A DNA stretch of 64,000 nucleotides from Yuukianura sp. NJ FZ-2021 (taxonomy: Eukaryota), in contig CM102290.1 of assembly GCA_046563655.1 (NCBI GenBank), forward strand, positions 8,556,001 to 8,620,000, read 5' to 3'. A model generated the notes under the pieces. The model made no database searches and was not told where the DNA came from. It saw nothing but the letters and a program-made list of their open reading frames with translations. Shown piece after piece: positions 26,298 through 39,600 of this stretch (its first letter is position 1; the number at the start of each line of letters is the position of its first letter). The position numbers were made by a program, and so were the translations under genes.

Positions 26298-28853
26298 GGT
26301 AACAGAAGTTGTGTTACACAACTCAGCGTAACTTTATGGGTTATGACTTTCGTAGACTGCTTCATAACAACGCATTTCTTTGGCGTCTGAGTGCTGTCCA
26401 TCAGAGATTGTAAAAGTAAGATAAATAGAATATAATATATAAAATAAAAAAGAAGAAGAATTTTACGCGTTTTTTTGTAAAATAAAACGGAATGTTTTTT
26501 TTCGAAGTTTTTTTTATGAAACAGAGCACGATGAGACTGGCAGAAATCCGATCCTAATCGGCTTGTACAAATCCCGAAGGAAACATCATAATTCCTTTGA
26601 AAACTTCATCTTAAGTGATTAAATTAGAGAAACCGAACTAGAAAATTTATTTTAAAAAAATACTGACAAAAGAGTTGTTTTCAAAGTTTCATATTTTGTC
26701 AAACAATGAAAACCACAAAACAAGACTGATTTTTTTTTGCTTTCCAAAGAACCGGTTTGAAACTTTGTTTTGATTTTTGAAACTTTTTTTGCTGCTTTCT
26801 CCCTTGCTTCTAAAAAAAACTTTCAGAGTAACAGCACAGAATGAGTAAAAACCTAACTAAAAACGATTTTTTTTTCTCTTTTGTCTTTCAATAATAATTA
26901 TTATCATAGACTCACTCTAGACTCACGGAGACTGTCATTTCATCAAGTTCTGTTTTAGAACACTTTTTTAAACTTTTCCTTAAATTTTGAACAGAAACTT
27001 TCCATTCTCCGCCCATTGATGCATTATGCATTCGGGAAAACTGAGTTCGTGCACTTTGACATTTGTGGAAGGAGCGACACTCATTATGCGAATAAGCAAC
27101 TGAACTTACCCAAGTGTAAAATAATTCTATTTTCTTTACGGTTCCACTCTTTCCCTTCAGGTTACCAACCTAACCATGTACAGTAGGTTTCAAAATGTAA
27201 AATTTTAATTTGCTTAAAAAGTTCAAAGATATCTTCCAAGTTTCTGTGGTCATGCTTCGCTGCTTTCACACAATGCAAAAACCTAACCTTACTTAATCTA
27301 AAAGCCTTTGCCAGCATGTTGACAGCTAGTAGTGACAAAGGTTTAATCAATTGTCGGTTAAACGGCAGGTTGCACAACAAGTTGAAAGTTTGAAAAACTT
27401 GTCTAATTGAATGAGTTCAATTTAATCAAATTAAATTTAATCAAAGCAAATTTGGTCAAAGTAAACTCTTCTTCGTCTTCTGTGAAGTTGAAAACAAATA
27501 ACCTCATAATCCTAAAAGCCCTTCAAAACATCTTTGATGTTGTCAATTTTTTTCTAAAATAAACATGATGAAAATGTAATGGAAAAATATCTCCTTCCCA
27601 CACACTTGCTTTTCATTAAATTTTTCTCTTTCTCCAAGAAAAAACGTGTACACGCACAACAAATTGGGAAGGAAAATTGAAAATTGACAACACAAATTTC
27701 GAAGACAGCACACAGAAAAACGAAAACATTTTTAACAGCTAGCAGTTAAACACTTTTCAACAAACTCGCAATTTTAAAACTGAAAAATTTAAAATTGGAA
27801 AATCAAAGTTACTCAAAACCTGACAATTCAAAAGCTCCAAATTTAGCTTAGAAAAAAAATGGAAACGGTTGCTTCAACTTTGTCAAATTTTCTAAGTTTA
27901 ACTTTGCCAAAGTCTTACTTTTCAAAATTTTACTTTGAAAATTCTTTTTAAAAGTTTTCCTCCATTGTTTGTGCTTAATGTAAAAAGTTGAATTTCAATT
28001 TTCTTAGGAAAGCACATGTGGTTTATTGATTATCAGAAGTAAAAAAAAAACTGTAGAAGAAAAATCATTCGCTCCATTTTTTCAAAAAGTTTTTGATAAT
28101 GGCTGAGAAGGAAGCCCTACTTCGAGATGAATCTTTTTGGCGCTTAGAATTTCAACATGGCGCTGAACTTCCTTTCACGTTTGGTGAAAATGAAACTGGA
28201 GAAAGGTGGAGATTAATGCGTGATGTGGGAGTTGGGTGTTAGACTTCGCACAAAATAATTTACACCTTTTATGTGACTATCATCAGAACGGAAACTTACG
28301 TCAAGCTCAGAAGACGCTTCATGTTTCAAATTACTTTTCGAACCATCCATACTCATTTCCCGCCTACGCTGTCGTACGTATGGCGCGAGATTCTATTTCA
28401 ACCGGTACAATTCTTGTTCCTGCAAATTCTTCCGAACGCTTACTAGGAATTTCCCGCCTACAAACTACGAAAACGCGCGTACTTTTTTAAAAAAGTGAGT
28501 TTTCCCACAAAACCTGATCAAAGCTTTGCTGGCGATTTCCCACTTATGATTGGCTTGCATTTTTTTAAAAGAATTTTTTGATTAAGATCTAAACGCGTGG
28601 TGCAAATTTCTTCTTTTTTTTAAACAAACGCTAGGTTTTTTTCCCGCAAAAATTCGGTTTTCCATTGTAGCACCATTGATTACACTCGTCTACTTTAGTA
28701 AGACATAGGTTTGGACTTGTGTCGCAATAGCTTGCGCTATGTCCAGAGAGTCTAACAGTTTATTATAGTTACTATGCTTCTCCAAATGTAAATTTACCGT
28801 TTCGTTTCGTAGATTTCGACTCGGATTTGGATTTTCGTATAGCAGCGACAAAA

Positions 28854-29425
28854 ATGGCGAGTCGCGCGAGGAGCTTGAACGACACGACGTTCGGGATTCC
28901 AACGATGCCGGCGTCCACGTTTCCACAATTTAAAAAACCCATGCCACCGGATGAGAGAAGCAAACTACTAGCAATGCATCGCGCCGGTCGAGTCAATGCT
29001 GGTGAGAGAGTCATCTCGAACCAAAAAAAAAAATTCGTTTTTATCTTTTACCAAAATTTCCAGGAATCTACGTCGCAATTGTTCTGGCCATCTACCTCCT
29101 CCTCCTTACGCTTCTCCTCTGCCGGTACTCCAGGAAACATCGAAGTCACGTGAGCGGTGGACACAACTACTGCTTCTGTTGTTCTGGATTTGACGAAGAG
29201 CGACTAAACGGCCCGTTCGACTGGATTCGGTCACTTTCGGCTTGTTTCGGAGCAGGAGCAGTCGACGATCCGCCCAAAAAACGACGAAATAGCCCCGAAC
29301 ACCCTATTGAAGAGAACCAGGCGACGCAGCAGGAAGCGATCGAACTCATTGACAAAACTTCTACCGGAGCAGCCATTCTGCCGAGACACGACACAGAAGA
29401 AGTCAAACCAGTAGTCGACGTTTAG
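28854..29425 (+). CDS. Uncharacterised small single-pass membrane protein, 2 coding exons, 169 aa
   Basis: AAAATGG start at 28854. Exon 28854-29001, a 62-nt GT-AG intron and exon 29064-29425 join in phase 1, giving ...RVNAGIYVAIVLAIYLLLLTLLLCRYSRKHR... The coding region is GC-richer than its flanks. Confidence 0.75.
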
Positions 29426-29507
29426 CACTTAAAAACAAAGAGTTCCGTACGATTACGTACACATAAAAACTTCAACAAGAGCTTCTTACTTTCTGTCTTT
29501 AGCAAAG

Positions 29508-30143
29508 AGGTCTAGAGTCAAATCGTTGTAGGGTCAAAGTCATTCTAATATAAAATGGTCTGAAAGTCAAAGGTCGCGTGGTCTGAAAGTTAAAGGTCAT
29601 GTAGTCTGAAAGCTAAAAGTCATATGGTCTGAAAGTTAAAAGTCATGTAGTTTGAAAGGGTAGCACGCCATTGTATCAATTGAATTGTATCAACTGCCAT
29701 TGCATCAACTGAATTCTATCAATTTGAATTGTATCAACTGGCCAATTGTATCAACGACTAATTGTATCAACGAGTGTAATGCTTAATTTAGCTTAGGTTA
29801 GGTTAGGTTACGTTGGTTGATACAAGTAGCCGTTGATACAATTGAGCGTTGATACAATTCGAATTGACACAATTCAGTTGATGCAATGGCAGTTGATACA
29901 ATTAAATTGACACAATGGCATGGAACCGTTTGAAAGCTAAAAGTCATGTGGTCTGAGTGTCAAAAGTCAAAGGTCACGTGGTTTGAATGTCAAAAGTCAA
30001 AGGTCACGTGGTCTGAGTGTAAAAAGTCAAAGGTCACTTGGTCTGAATGTCAAAAGTCAAAGGTCAAATACTCTGAAAGTTAAAGGTCATGTAGTTTGAA
30101 AGTTGAAGGTCGTGTGGTCTGAACTTCAAAAGTCAAAGGTCGC
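29508..30143. repeat. Minisatellite of 23/30-bp units (GGTCTGAAAGTCAAAGGTCACGT-like), interrupted by a MITE
   Basis: Tandem units are visible at 29557-29657 and 29928-30143. Confidence 0.85.
29658..29927. mobile_element. Non-autonomous foldback MITE with TTAGG-repeat core (copy 2, related subfamily)
   Basis: Ends GGGTAGCACGCCATTG / CAATGGCATGGAACC nearly match copy 1. Arms are built of ATTGTATCAA repeats around a central (TTAGG)3. The 8-bp TSD GTTTGAAA lies at 29650-29657 and 29928-29935. Confidence 0.85.
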
Positions 30144-31580
30144 AACAAAGCCCTAATACATACCCCCAGAAGTTTTACATTTCCGGCAGTTTCCGGGACC
30201 CTAAAAGACAAACTAAAATTATATTATATGAAGTATTAAGTTGTTTATTAATTAATATATAAAGTAAGTACAAGTAAATTAAATAAATTAACAATCTTCT
30301 ATTAATAATTCGCAACAACCAGAAGATTGCGTACAAGATGACGCAGGTTCCTAATTCTCCAAATTCTAAAATCCAACCTCGAAAAAGTTTTTTGATGGAT
30401 TTAAACTCAGATATTTTGTTGTTTTTTTTCTATGCTATACTAAATTACATTTTGGAAACAAAATTGGATTTTTCTTCGCACAACATTCTTTATTAAAGTG
30501 TATTTGATGATATATTGCCTTCTTTTCTTTCTTTTTTTTTCCATTGAAAAGTACTTTTTGTCCCAGAAGGAATCGCGTGCGGGTGACTAACTTTTTGTAA
30601 AGTGGTAAAATTGTGGACAGTTTTCTAAAAATATCTTTTTTAAACTAAGTCAAAATTTCTAAAATTCAAAATAGTATTGCCATAAAATCTAACTTTCTAC
30701 AAAAATCTAAAACTTTTCATTTTATGGAAGTTATCTAAAGAAATACATTGGACTGGATGTTTTGAAAATTTTGAAAACTAACAGTAAAACTCTTAAATAA
30801 TTTTGAAAAATCAAGTCTTCTGAGATAGAACAGTTAACACATCATCCTACCTCATCACAACTAGTTTAAATACAGAAAACTCTGACTTTAGGTTAGGCCA
30901 ACATAGCGTAACTTTTCAAGATGGACATAAAAACAGTTTTTTCTAAACAGAATAACTTGAACATTTTTCAACAAAAAATTCAAATTTAGACACAAAAATG
31001 CACCTTTCAGATTCCATGCACCTTGTTAAAACTTTGGACCTCAACTTAGATTGTGACACAAAACTTCATTTTTTTTTAAATCTTTTGTCAAACAACTTCC
31101 GACTATGTTACATTTCAAACAACTTGCGAATTAGCTGTTTGATTTTTTAAAAACAATTTCCTATATCCACCATCGTTAGCTACAAATTCTCTGCGTTCTA
31201 CGATGGCCTCTCCGTGCGACACGGTTGGGATAAACCGGAATCGTGTCCAATGTAAACACACAGTGTAACGCACAGTGTGACCCGCCTACTTGGTAATCAC
31301 TCAGTGGTTATACGGGGTGGTTACAGAAGTCGCCTACAGAAGGAATCTGTACACTGAAGGAATCCTATCCGTTAAAAATATGTTTACGTATTACTGGTTA
31401 GTTGATTGCATAATTATCTATGAACTAAAATATCCTTAGTAGTTGCACAGCACTCGGCCTCTTCCTCGAGACGGTTTCTGTTCACTAGGTCACTAGGTTA
31501 AGGAACCTAACTGCGGACACTTCTCCCTGTCTGCAATGCGAGATGAAGCGACGACCGGTAGGTTCATGGACCATGCGCCT

Positions 31581-34500
31581 CTAGAAATCCATTCTCTGGT
31601 CACTCAGGAAGGTTTGAGGCATCATGGGATCATTTCCAGTTAAATTTTCCATGCCCAGGAGCAATTCGTCCTCCATGATGTCAACCAAAGAGTGTTCCGG
31701 AGTGGAGACCGAGGGGATGTCACTTGGCGGTTCCTAAACAACAATTCAAATTTAAACAACCAGATACGTGAGAATAACAAATACCCAATTTCATGGCGTA
31801 TAATAGCGTACACTTTAACGTAGTTGTAGCGTAATTGTGTACAACGCAAGGCTTAAACAAAAAACTTTTTTCTTATTTTGGTTAGTAGGTTAGGTTAAAT
31901 TTCTGACAGATTCAAAGAGCAGTTTGTTTTTGCATTCCAAGTGGAGTTTCGAGCCGGAAAAATATAAGACAACGCGAGCGTAGCACGCCGAGAAATGTGG
32001 TATTACAAAAAATACTAAAAAAAAGTTGGGCCCACCCTCTTGACTTCAACTGCCGGAGGAGATCCAAGGTAGTGCTGCAAGCCATTAGCATTGTCAAGTC
32101 GCCGCCAAGTCAACTTTGACTCAGGTATCGGAATATGATTTTGAACCAATAACTGTTCGTATTCCTTGAAAAAATAAGAAGAAAAAAATTAAAAAGAAAA
32201 CAAAGCAACAAAAAGTTAATGACTCAATGTCAAAAAGTTATAACAAAAAAAAAACTCAATTTAGAAGACAAAGTACCTTAATTTGTAGCAAAAGTCTTTT
32301 GTTTTCAGAGTCCACTTCCTTTTGATTAACATGAAGGTTTTCATTTTCCTTACGGAGTAATTTGATATAGTCAACAGTGGCCTTGAGGATATTGCCTTTG
32401 TGAAATCTGAATTCTCCTACTTCCTTGTGATGACTGTGAATCAAAGTCAATTCCAAGAATTCGTCATAATTTTCATAAATTTATCAAAATTATTACGAAT
32501 TTTATTTTTAGTTCTAATTTTAGAACAATCCTCTTACGGTTCGCCGTCTCTTGGAAGCATCTTGCCCAATTCCGTTATTCTGTCATTGATATTGAAACGC
32601 CGCTTCCGTTCGACTAGAACAAAAAAAGTATTTTGACAAACTTTGAAAATTCAAAAGTTTGAATTTTTTTTTTCAAAAAACGGAAACTTTGTAGGAGTTT
32701 ACTCTGGTTGTGGTTGTCCTTTCGTTGTCGGTCTTTGGCTATTTTTGTAGGATCGTCATACTTTGAACCAGAGCCAGATGACGTGTGACGTCGGTTATTA
32801 GTAGCGGAAGTTGGAGCTGAAGAGTCACGTGACTCGGTACACTTCAAAGTAACAAATCCATCCGCCAGATCGGACGTGTCATCTTCCAAGTCCAAAATTG
32901 TGTTGATGATGTCCGTCTAATTCAGATTAAAATAAAATAAAATTCGACAAAATCAAATATCCAAAAATCTCAAATTTTGAATACCCTTTTTCCAAAATCT
33001 GTTACCCCAACTTCCTGAGTGGATCCAACACTCGTCACAGAAGAAACGAGAGAGCTGTAGGCTCCAGGTGAAGCCGCCACAAGGTCAAAGTGTGAACTGA
33101 GCTCCACTGTGGCTGGAGCTGAAACGGCTTGATTTCCAGCAGTCACTTGCTGTTGAAAGCGATTCTGAGTAGCTGAACGGAGTAGGAAGGGGGACGTGTG
33201 GGTTCCGCCAATCAGAGGAGGTACACTCCCCCCGGTTGCGCCATTTTCGTTCAAAAACTGACGCATTTGGGTATCTCGATGATATTGCGTTGGATTCTCT
33301 AGAAGACTTGACACCTATTACGACACACACAAAATCAAAAACAATATGAGAAATCGTCATAACTTCTGGTTATGGTTTGGTTGCGAATGCTACGTTTTAA
33401 ACATTATGTTTAACGGACCTTCAGGACTTCCGGTGGAAGGTTGGCGGAGAGATGTGGTGACTCAGCATTCGGAGCAAGAACGACCACTGACGAAAGTGGA
33501 ACGGAATCGCTCGTGTTGAGTCGAGCTTGCTGAATTTTTCGTTGTTCACTTTCCCTTCGGTCGTCATCCGCCGTCTTCATCCTCATCAATTCTTGCTTCA
33601 GCTGAGTTCTCGTCATTTTGCTTCGGTAACTTGGAGGTGTCGACGATACTGGAACCGACTCGACTCTGAAATTCAGCACAATTTTCAGTCAATCTGAGAA
33701 CAAACTTATCTGAAAGTGTTTGTCAGCTGACATTACACTATCGTCATCGTCAAAACACTATTATGAATTTGCACTATGCGATGTGTTTCTTGCACAATTA
33801 ATTGAGACCAATAACGATGTGGTCAATCAAGTGTACTGGACAAGACTGTCAAACTAATTGAGAAAAAGTTAAAAGTTGCGGAAACGGGAACCGGCAAAAT
33901 AATGTCTGAATGAGTCTGAGTCAACATCATAAAACTGTCTCTTCCCACGGTCCGTTTACATGCGTCATCAAATTGTCCACGGTAAAAAAAAAGTTGTTGT
34001 CGAATGTAGAAAGTGCTTATGAAAAGAAACAATAAACAAAAGAACCGAGGTAGCCTACTAAGCACGTTCAATCCTTTTGTAAAGTAGCGTGACACTTTCA
34101 AAAACCAGAGGCCTCAGTTCAAGCGAGGAAGTTTTCAGAAAAACTGCTGACGTCTGTGGAATCCGATTACTACGAGCCTTGCATAAGGTCTTAAAAACTA
34201 TATTAAATAAATAATATTAGGTCAACAAACTTAGTCAGTCATATGATCAGGTTTGGGAAGTAAACTTTCCCGGACCAATCATAACAATGCTGAATAACTT
34301 TGGACTAGTTAATTATTAATGTTAGTCTAACCCTTCATGAATGGTCATCGGTGTAGAAACGGAAGCTGATGGGTGAGTGTAGTACGTGTTCCTTGTTACA
34401 GGTTGGAGGGTTTGAGCAGGCGTTGTAATATTAGCACCAGTGTTACTAGAAGTGAGAAGTCCAGCCGTTGACGACGTCGTGGCGGCTGCCATATTGTTAT

Positions 34501-34633
34501 TATTTGCGCTGTTATTGAGATACTCCGAAGAGAGGTGGGCAGTATTAAGGGTGTCCAGGTACATGTCCATTGATTCGTGAGAGTAATCAAAGCCCAATTG
34601 AAATGCAAATTCGAGATGCGGAATAGGTTCCAT
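31581..34633 (-). CDS. Mitf: MiT/TFE family bHLH-Zip transcription factor, 8 coding exons
   Basis: MTRTQLKQELMR and VLKVSSLLENPTQYH (MITF/TFE N-terminal domain); KDRQRKDNHNQ|(I)ERKRRFNINDRITELG; HKGNILKATVDYI; C-terminal DIMEDE...DPMM; stop TAG at 31581-31583. Exon phases are compatible. The first exon (34332-34633) is less certain. Confidence 0.93.
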
Positions 34634-36697
34634 CTTTCCTACGTGTTACTAAAACCAAATACAATTAGTCATTATACTCAATTGTTAATCGTTAATTCGA
34701 TTGTTAACGTTCTCGATCAAGTCCATTAAAGTCTTACCAGTTACCACTATATTCTCTTCAGTTACAAAAACGAAGTTGGCTAAAAGACAGGGCCTCTTCC
34801 TATTTGCTCAGCACAGCGATTCAGCAGTATAGATGTTCCTCTGAGCAATGTCGAATGACAGAGTACTGTAACCATAAAGTAATCAATTAGTTTTGTTGTT
34901 ATTCACATAAACTTTATAGTTACCATCTACAGTTACACTACAACTTTCTAAATTACCCTGACCTACCTCACTCCAGTCTCGTTTGGTAAACTCGTCCTAA
35001 CCGATTAAGAGAACATGTATCTATCGTTTTGGCCGAATGCCAAAAACGCAACTTAAGCTCCAATTAGTAATGGACAGTACCGATTCGAGACTCAGTTTAC
35101 ATACCTACGTTTGCTTCTTGTAACTAGTTACATCTGTCTGCTTCCAGTGACCTCCGAGTTCGTGTCAACCGTCACCAGTAGCCTCAGTTCCATTCGTCCA
35201 CTTCTACCCACCGATAGTTGCTGACTTTGGGATAGTTATGTTACGGTGGTGTACACGGTAAGCCCTGTCCGGTTGTTATGTTCCGTAAAAGTTATGTTTG
35301 TATGTAAATATGAAAGTATAGGGAGTAAATGAGGTGGTGTGAGAGCGAGAGGTGTGAATAACTAATTAGTCCTCACTAACTAACTTGAGTCTGAGTCCAC
35401 GGCCCTTCTCCAATGCTCGTCCATACACAAAAGCCCAACGAGTGTACAGTGAGGTGTTGGACAATTAATTAGTGGACAGACAGAGCTAGGGACACAGTAG
35501 AACTTGTTATGCCCACAAAGATGAGTGTGAAATGTCGAAATTGTTGATGATGCAAGAAAAGAGACAGACAATGGGAACCGTCCAAGTCCAAATCATATCC
35601 AACTCATGTGTCCGTCCTAAACGCATTTGGTTTGACTCTGTGGTGTAAAAAACGCATACTCATTCCTCGGCCTCGAGCTTTGCTCCGGTTATAAAAAAAA
35701 CACTCAAAACAAACAATTGTCATCGTCGTCAATCGTCCAGTCCAGGAGAGGACCACTCTTGAGTGTCCAGCATTTTGGTAATCGTTATCATCAGTGATAT
35801 ACTGAGCTCGGCTACTTTGATACTCTCCTGCCCTGTCCTTTAGCCTGACCAAACCCCATGGACATAGTCCTCTTCAAATGGGTTGTAAATCATCATTGTC
35901 CAGAAAAACCACTTGAAGACACGTTTTATTGGCTTTGGATGGAATTTAGAATGAGGATGACCACGGTAAATCACAAATTGAAATCCACCACAGGAGTATG
36001 TCTATGAATTTTGATTTTTTTTTTACTAATGTTTAACTAATTGTCGTTTTCCTTATCGTTTAGAGTAGCAGAGGCAGAGAGGCATGGATGGGGGTATGTT
36101 GAAGTTGAACGTTCAAGGAGTTATAATGTCATTGGAAGGATGTCACATGAAAGTAATTGTAATGTGTATGGTTTATTGTTCCCCTTACAGACTTGAACAA
36201 GCTTGTTGGGGATTCCTTGATTTTTGGACGGCTTTATAACAGTACTAAAATGCCTCTATGTGTGAATATTCTGGATGGATGTTTTAGCAAAAAGCGAATG
36301 CTAAGTGTGAACAGGAAGAAGCCGAGGGTGTTGGTTGATTAGCTATTTAGTTTCATTCATAGTTTTCCAAGGAAGACAAGTGACAGTTTCAGTTACGGTT
36401 TTTAGTGTACGAAAAGGTTTTGGGCTTTTGGGGACAGTAATATCCCACCCACTAATTAAGGAAAAGTGACACAAACACCATCAGTTTCCGCAATGACAGC
36501 TTTATTTTTCACTCTTTTCTAGATGAAAGACCTACGAAATCTGGAGCATCGTGGACGTTATACTCCAAATATCAAACAGTGGACATAAGTTCACACTCGT
36601 CAGTCATCAGTGATCCAGCTCACCTTCGGTATCGGATCGTTAGAATCGCAATAAGTTATCAAAATCGTGTCCAGAAACGGACCAGTTCTTGCCAGCA

Positions 36698-39600
36698 ATG
36701 GAACCCACAGTCTGGACACCTCGACATCCCTTACCATCGTTTGGGGTCGGTAAGTACAAAGTGTCTGACAACAAAAACTTTACCAATTGTTACAAGATTC
36801 AGAATTCATGAGGTCCATCATATCATAGCCAATACCCAGCTTCCCCCTGCTTTGCTTTCATAGAATCATCTTATTGTCGTGTCATTTTTTGTGTGTTATT
36901 TTCATTAATGCCAAGCTTTGTTCAACTAATTCTGGATATCGGCGTGTCTCGACATAACAATTGCAAAATATTGTGACGCAACGATGAAGGAATTTGAGCA
37001 AATCATGAGTCAACAGAACCAATTTAACCTGAACTGATTATAAGTTTTGGGTTAAGGTTCAAGGCGAAGTTGTAAATTCCGTTTTTTTTAAACTTTTGAA
37101 CAGTTCAATGCAATTTCGAAAATGATTCGAATCCACACTTCCTTATGGCGACACTTGGAGAATCAGTGGAAATCCGTGCCGAGTGTCAAGATTGGTTCTA
37201 CGTGGCCAAGGTTGACGATGAAGAGGAGGAAGGAATCATTCCAAAGTCTTATATTCATGTTCACAGTTCCAACATCTACCAAAGGTATGTAAAAATTAAC
37301 GTTTACTTTCACAGTAATTTGAGACATGCATTAAGTTAATTAGTTGGACATTTTTGTTTTTCGATTGAGCAGAAGTGATTCGCAAGGGAATAATTCATCT
37401 TGGGCGGATGTGATTGGAGAAACCACCGAAGTTCTGAAAGAATGGCACAAAATATCCATTCAACACTTTCTGGTGATTTTGAATTCCCAATTCTAAAAAG
37501 AAATCTAAAACTTTGAATTGCTTTTAACACCGAATTTTGTTTTTATAGACTCGGAATGCGTTGTTTCAGATTATTAATCGAAAAATTATAGATTTGCATC
37601 TGGCTCGGAAGGAAATTATGTCACAAAACTGGACTGTGGAGGGATTGAAGCATCTTCGGAAACGTGTCGCCCACATCATTGATTCTGGAAATAAGTAAGA
37701 ATTAATCAATTGTTTTTAGCTAATTAATCAATTGAAATTAATGTTGATTGGAATTCCATACTAGTATCTTGAAGTTGGACATGATTGTACGTGATGATCA
37801 AGGAAATCCGTTAAACACCAAAGTCACTTCAGCCGTTCAACTCTTTCGACAACATCTCAAAACGAGTGAAAGATTGGAAAAAATGCACATGGTAATTGCC
37901 CTTTGTCTTTTTGGAGTTACTTTTAATTTTTTTTTCATCCTTTTGCTAAAACTCTGCTAATTTCAGATGGATAGTACTGGCAGTTTCAGAGTTACAAAAC
38001 ACAGTAATTGTCAGTCTCTTCTTTTAATCTGTGAAAAAATTACATGGAAGTAAGCAGTATAAATCAAAACTTTTTTCGGAAATCGGAACTTTTTAAAATT
38101 TGACGGAAAATATTTGCAAATTCATTATTTAGACTTGTTGACGAATGTGAAATTCGATTGTTTTTATACGACGCGGATGAGGGGAAACCGTTTAGCGAAG
38201 GAGGACAAGTCAACCTTACTGGAAATTCTTCATTTTCAGCTTTTCGCTTTCTATTTACCGTAAGAAAGAACACTCTCATTTTTTGGGTTTCGAAATTTTG
38301 AAATTTTTGGAATTTTGAAAACAGGACTTGGGCAAGAGAGACAGAAACCGTGAAAGGATTTACCTCATCTTTTACATTGTGAGGATAGGAGCAATGGATT
38401 ACAAGGAAGAAAGTTCTAAGCGTGATAATGCACCATTTTCTCAGAAGTCTATGTAAACAGACCCTCATTATTTTTTCAATTACTTTCAAATTAATTATTT
38501 TTTATTCATTATATTAATATATTTATTAACTTTAGCAGCAGTCAAAGAATCCGGCGGCCGTGGGGGGCTGCTGCTTTAAATGTGACGAAACTTTTGAACA
38601 CTGACGGTCCAATTACTCCAACGGGAACTGGAAGTGCCGAAGAGGCTACATTTATCCCATTTTTTCCGTGAGTTAATGTGGTATTGTTTATTAAAATTTT
38701 CAATTTGTTAAAATTTTAACCTGCGTTTCAAGGTTTGGAGATAGTGATTCGTTAAAGACGCTTCTTACAAAAATCATCGAGTCACCCCAATTTAGAGATT
38801 CGGATAGAGGGTTCTTGTGCTCGCTGTCTCTCATTCCTGGAACACCTACCGAGGTTTCAGTTGACTTTTTACCTCTAGTGACCTTGATGTTGACTTGATG
38901 ACTTTGGCATTTCAAATTTTTGGTTTTAAACTGTAGGTTCAGGAGGAACAACCGTTGCTGATGCGAGGCAACCCAACTGTGATTAGGAAAATGGGCTTTC
39001 CTGAAGTGATTTTACCAAACGATGTTCGGAATGACCTCTACGTGACTCTTGTTGCTGGAGAGTTCCACAAAGGATCCAAATTCAGTGACAAAAATATCGA
39101 AGTTGCTGTCACTGCACACAATGACAACGGAGCAATAATTCACGTGAGCTAAAACATATTACCTACCACATTTCCTTCTAAATTCGAAATTTGACCTAAC
39201 TTTTGATTTCTTTTTATGCTCATTTGTTAGGGTATTATATTTGGAGGTAGTGGATCTGTGGGGTTGAGTCAGTACAGATCCGTTGTCTACTCGGATGAGT
39301 GGAGACCACGATGGGAAGAAACATTTCGAGTCAGTTTACCAATGTTCCTGGACCAGTTCTCAAAGGCTCATCTCAAGTTTTCTTTCAAGTACAGGTAAGG
39401 TCAAGGGCATTCGTACTAATTCGTAAATAATTCGTAGCAACCTAATTCGTACTTCGGTCCCTTAGATCCGCAAAAGAGTCCAAAGACATTTCTGAAAAGA
39501 CGTTTGCAATAGCCTATGTCCGCCTGCGTGTCGAGAAAGGACCGGCGCTGCCCGATGGAGAACATAAACTTGCAATTTTTAAAGTAATTGCGTGCAAAAA

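Noticed and set aside
29508..30143. CRISPR-like regularly spaced repeats
   Set aside because: Units are contiguous with no unique spacers, there are no cas genes, and the context is eukaryotic.
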